Positions 61,832 to 64,000 of a stretch of 64,000 nt of DNA are shown here, one piece after another (positions within the stretch are counted from its first letter, which is position 1; every line of letters starts with the position of its first letter). The stretch is from Squalus acanthias. Its lineage: Eukaryota. Below the pieces are notes generated by a model. It worked only from the letters and a program-made list of their open reading frames with translations. It made no database searches and was not told the origin of the DNA. A program made the translations under genes and the position numbers. The DNA lies in contig CM059432.1 of the NCBI GenBank assembly GCA_030390025.1, positions 41,790,001 to 41,854,000 of the forward strand. The letters are read 5' to 3'.

Positions 61832-62935
61832 GGCCCGATATTTAATCGGGGCCGTGAAGAGAGCGGGGAGAGGGGGGAGCGGGGTGAAGGGAGGGAAGAT
61901 TTCCGGATGGCAAGCTCATTATGTCCTGCTAAAATTAACAGCAGGGCCTCTTTTAAATTTTTTAGCAGGTTTCCTGCCCGACAGCCAGCCTGATTGATAG
62001 GCTGGCTGCCTGTTGGGCGGGAAAGCCTGCAGCACAAGGTCACAGGCGGGGAGCAAAGAGGAGGGAGAGATTGCGGGGGGGTGGGGGGGGGGCAGAGGAG
62101 AGGTGGGGAGAGATCATGGGGGGAGATCGAGGTCAGGCTCTTTAGATCGAGATCAGGCTCTTCAGATGCAGGTCGAGAGGGAGATTGTAGAGGTCAGAGG
62201 TGTGGGGAGTCGGAGATCGGGGGGGATGGCGGGAGTTGGAGATCGCGGGAGGGATGGGGTGGAGTCGGAAATCGGGGGTGGGGGGAGTCAGAGATCGCAG
62301 GTGGTGCAGAAAATCGCGATCACGGGGATTTGGGGGAGTCGGAGATCAGGGGGTGGGGGGAGTCGGAGATCGCAGGAGGGGTTGGGGAGTCAGAAATCTC
62401 TGGGGGTGGAGGGTGTCGGAGATCACGGGGGTGGGGGTGCGGAGATCACGGGGGTCGGAAATCGTGGGGGGGGCAGTTGGGGATTCGGAGATTCCGGGGG
62501 ATGGGGCAGTCGGAGATTGTGGGGAGTGGGGATGGGAGTCAAAGATCGTGGGGAGTGGATGGGGGTTGGGCCAATCACTGGGTCTGTAACGAGGTAAGCT
62601 TGTTGGGCCTAGAGGAATCACTCCTGCTCCTGCTGGCCACAAGCAGTGCTGTAAATGCACTTACTTGATGGATCCGGCCCTTTCTGCCTCTTTTTACCTG
62701 CCGGGTTTCCCGAGCCACGGGTTAAAAATAAAAATCCTGTTGAAGTGGAGGCACGATCCTCCTTAAAAGCTTTTACTGACAAACCTGTCTCCTGAGAGCG
62801 GATTGGTCGCCCACCTACTGACGTACCTTCGTTAAAACCAGAAGTGAGTGGGTTGGAGGCAGGTTGGGGTTGGGTTTGAGATTTTAAAATTGTTTACTTC
62901 CCACCCACTTGTCCTTGGGGGCTAAAATTCCCTCC
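61832..62935. mobile_element. Harbinger-type MITE containing a degenerate G-rich (GGAGATCG-Gn) minisatellite at ~62050-62570
   Basis: Weak GG...(A)ATTT termini, AAA on both flanks, repeated gtcggagatc units. Confidence 0.55.
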
Positions 62936-62957
62936 AAAATGTTTGCCTAAAACTTAC

Positions 62958-63020
62958 CAAACATGCAATAGCTGATGCTTTCAAATGGGTGGCGAACCAA
63001 GCAGATGACACCTTTAAACC
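62958..63020 (-). CDS. TMEM67: Meckelin coding exon (approx. human exon 7), GLKVSSAWFATHLKASAIACL
   Basis: ttgcag acceptor and gtaagt donor; 63 nt, phase 0/0; resembles recalled human [21 protein letters not shown]. Confidence 0.9.
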
Positions 63021-64000
63021 CTGCAAAGATGAGGAAATAGTCTTAGTAGCAACTTGAAACTATTGCTTCACAATTTCCAAGTAAATGCATTTGTGCAGTT
63101 TTTAACTACCAAATAATGTCCAAGGTTGTTTCAATATTTTTAAATAAACTTCTTAAATCAGATTTTACATTACACATCAACACAGTATAAACACAATGAC
63201 ATCCTTTCTAAATTTGTAGCTATTTAATGTTACAATTTTTCATGCTGACATTGTTTACTAGGAAATATCCTTCATAAAGGAAGAATTATAATAGCAACAG
63301 AGCACAAAATTTAAACTTCAGCAACATCATTGTGAGAAAATTGAGGTAGTACTGGTGCCTTTGCTAGTGTCGAGAACGAGCTGAAGAAGTGGGTTTTGGC
63401 AGTGGCTCCAGAGTTATCAGCAATTCCAACAATAAATATTGAATATTAAATTGATAAGGAGAAAAGAGCCAATATTCATACAGGAGTAAAAGCAATTAGA
63501 TATTTTCATACATGAGCAAAATTTCCCAATACAGGCTGCCCATTCAACTGGGATAAATCAAGTGGCTAGCTGTAGAAAATGGGCAGAAATTCTATTCCAC
63601 CAGAACACCGGCCACTTTGCGCCACAGCATAGTATCCAGGTGGCAGAGACCAGCAGGATCAGAAGCAGCTTCCTCAAACAGTCAGGCACTTTATTTAAGT
63701 ATTAATTTTGTGGTGGGGCATCCTGGACACTATTTCCTCTGTGCTGCTATACATATGAAATGGATGTCCAGATTTGCTGGGCAGCACTTAATGTATGGAA
63801 ACTCATAGAAAAGACAGTAAGGTCAGGTGTATTTCAACCATATCTTAACTAATTTTCTTCATTTAGTTTTGGTCTTCATGAGTGTTTGTGCCAATTGTTG
63901 TAAAAATATATTTTTGCCCCAGCACCATTACTGGCACCAATGGGTTTCCCAATCGTAATCTCCTAAATCTGTGGTATTTGGAAGAGTAGAAGGACCAACA

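Noticed and set aside
61994..62668. Gly-rich 224/194/129-aa ORFs as proteins
   Set aside because: Open in several frames only because the G-rich minisatellite lacks stop codons

Overview
Eukaryotic (vertebrate) genomic DNA. The SINE/LINE/Penelope repertoire suggests a cartilaginous fish such as a shark; this is inference. The whole window lies inside one host gene on the minus strand, TMEM67 (meckelin/MKS3). Eight internal coding exons (63, 161, 106, 87, 66, 154, 124 and 106 nt) have canonical GT-AG sites and compatible phases, and splice into an open 289-aa segment of the extracellular region; they correspond roughly to human exons 7-14. The introns (up to about 23 kb) are mostly transposable elements. 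These include a nearly intact two-gene PIF/Harbinger transposon (11919-16135) plus several decayed Harbingers and MITEs, and a compact GC-rich Ty3/gypsy LTR retrotransposon with CsRn1-clade hallmarks (38630-42986). There are also two Penelope-like elements with TSDs, an RTE LINE, many CR1 and L2 fragments, DeuSINE (SacSINE1-like) copies, and an APE-RT LINE copy carrying a tRNA-like head. The most unusual signal is a set of minimal type-I hammerhead ribozyme motifs in Penelope pLTR-derived repeats, including two head-to-head palindromic elements with hammerhead arms on both strands. All calls were made by eye and from recalled family knowledge; no database searches were run, and boundaries without TSDs are approximate.
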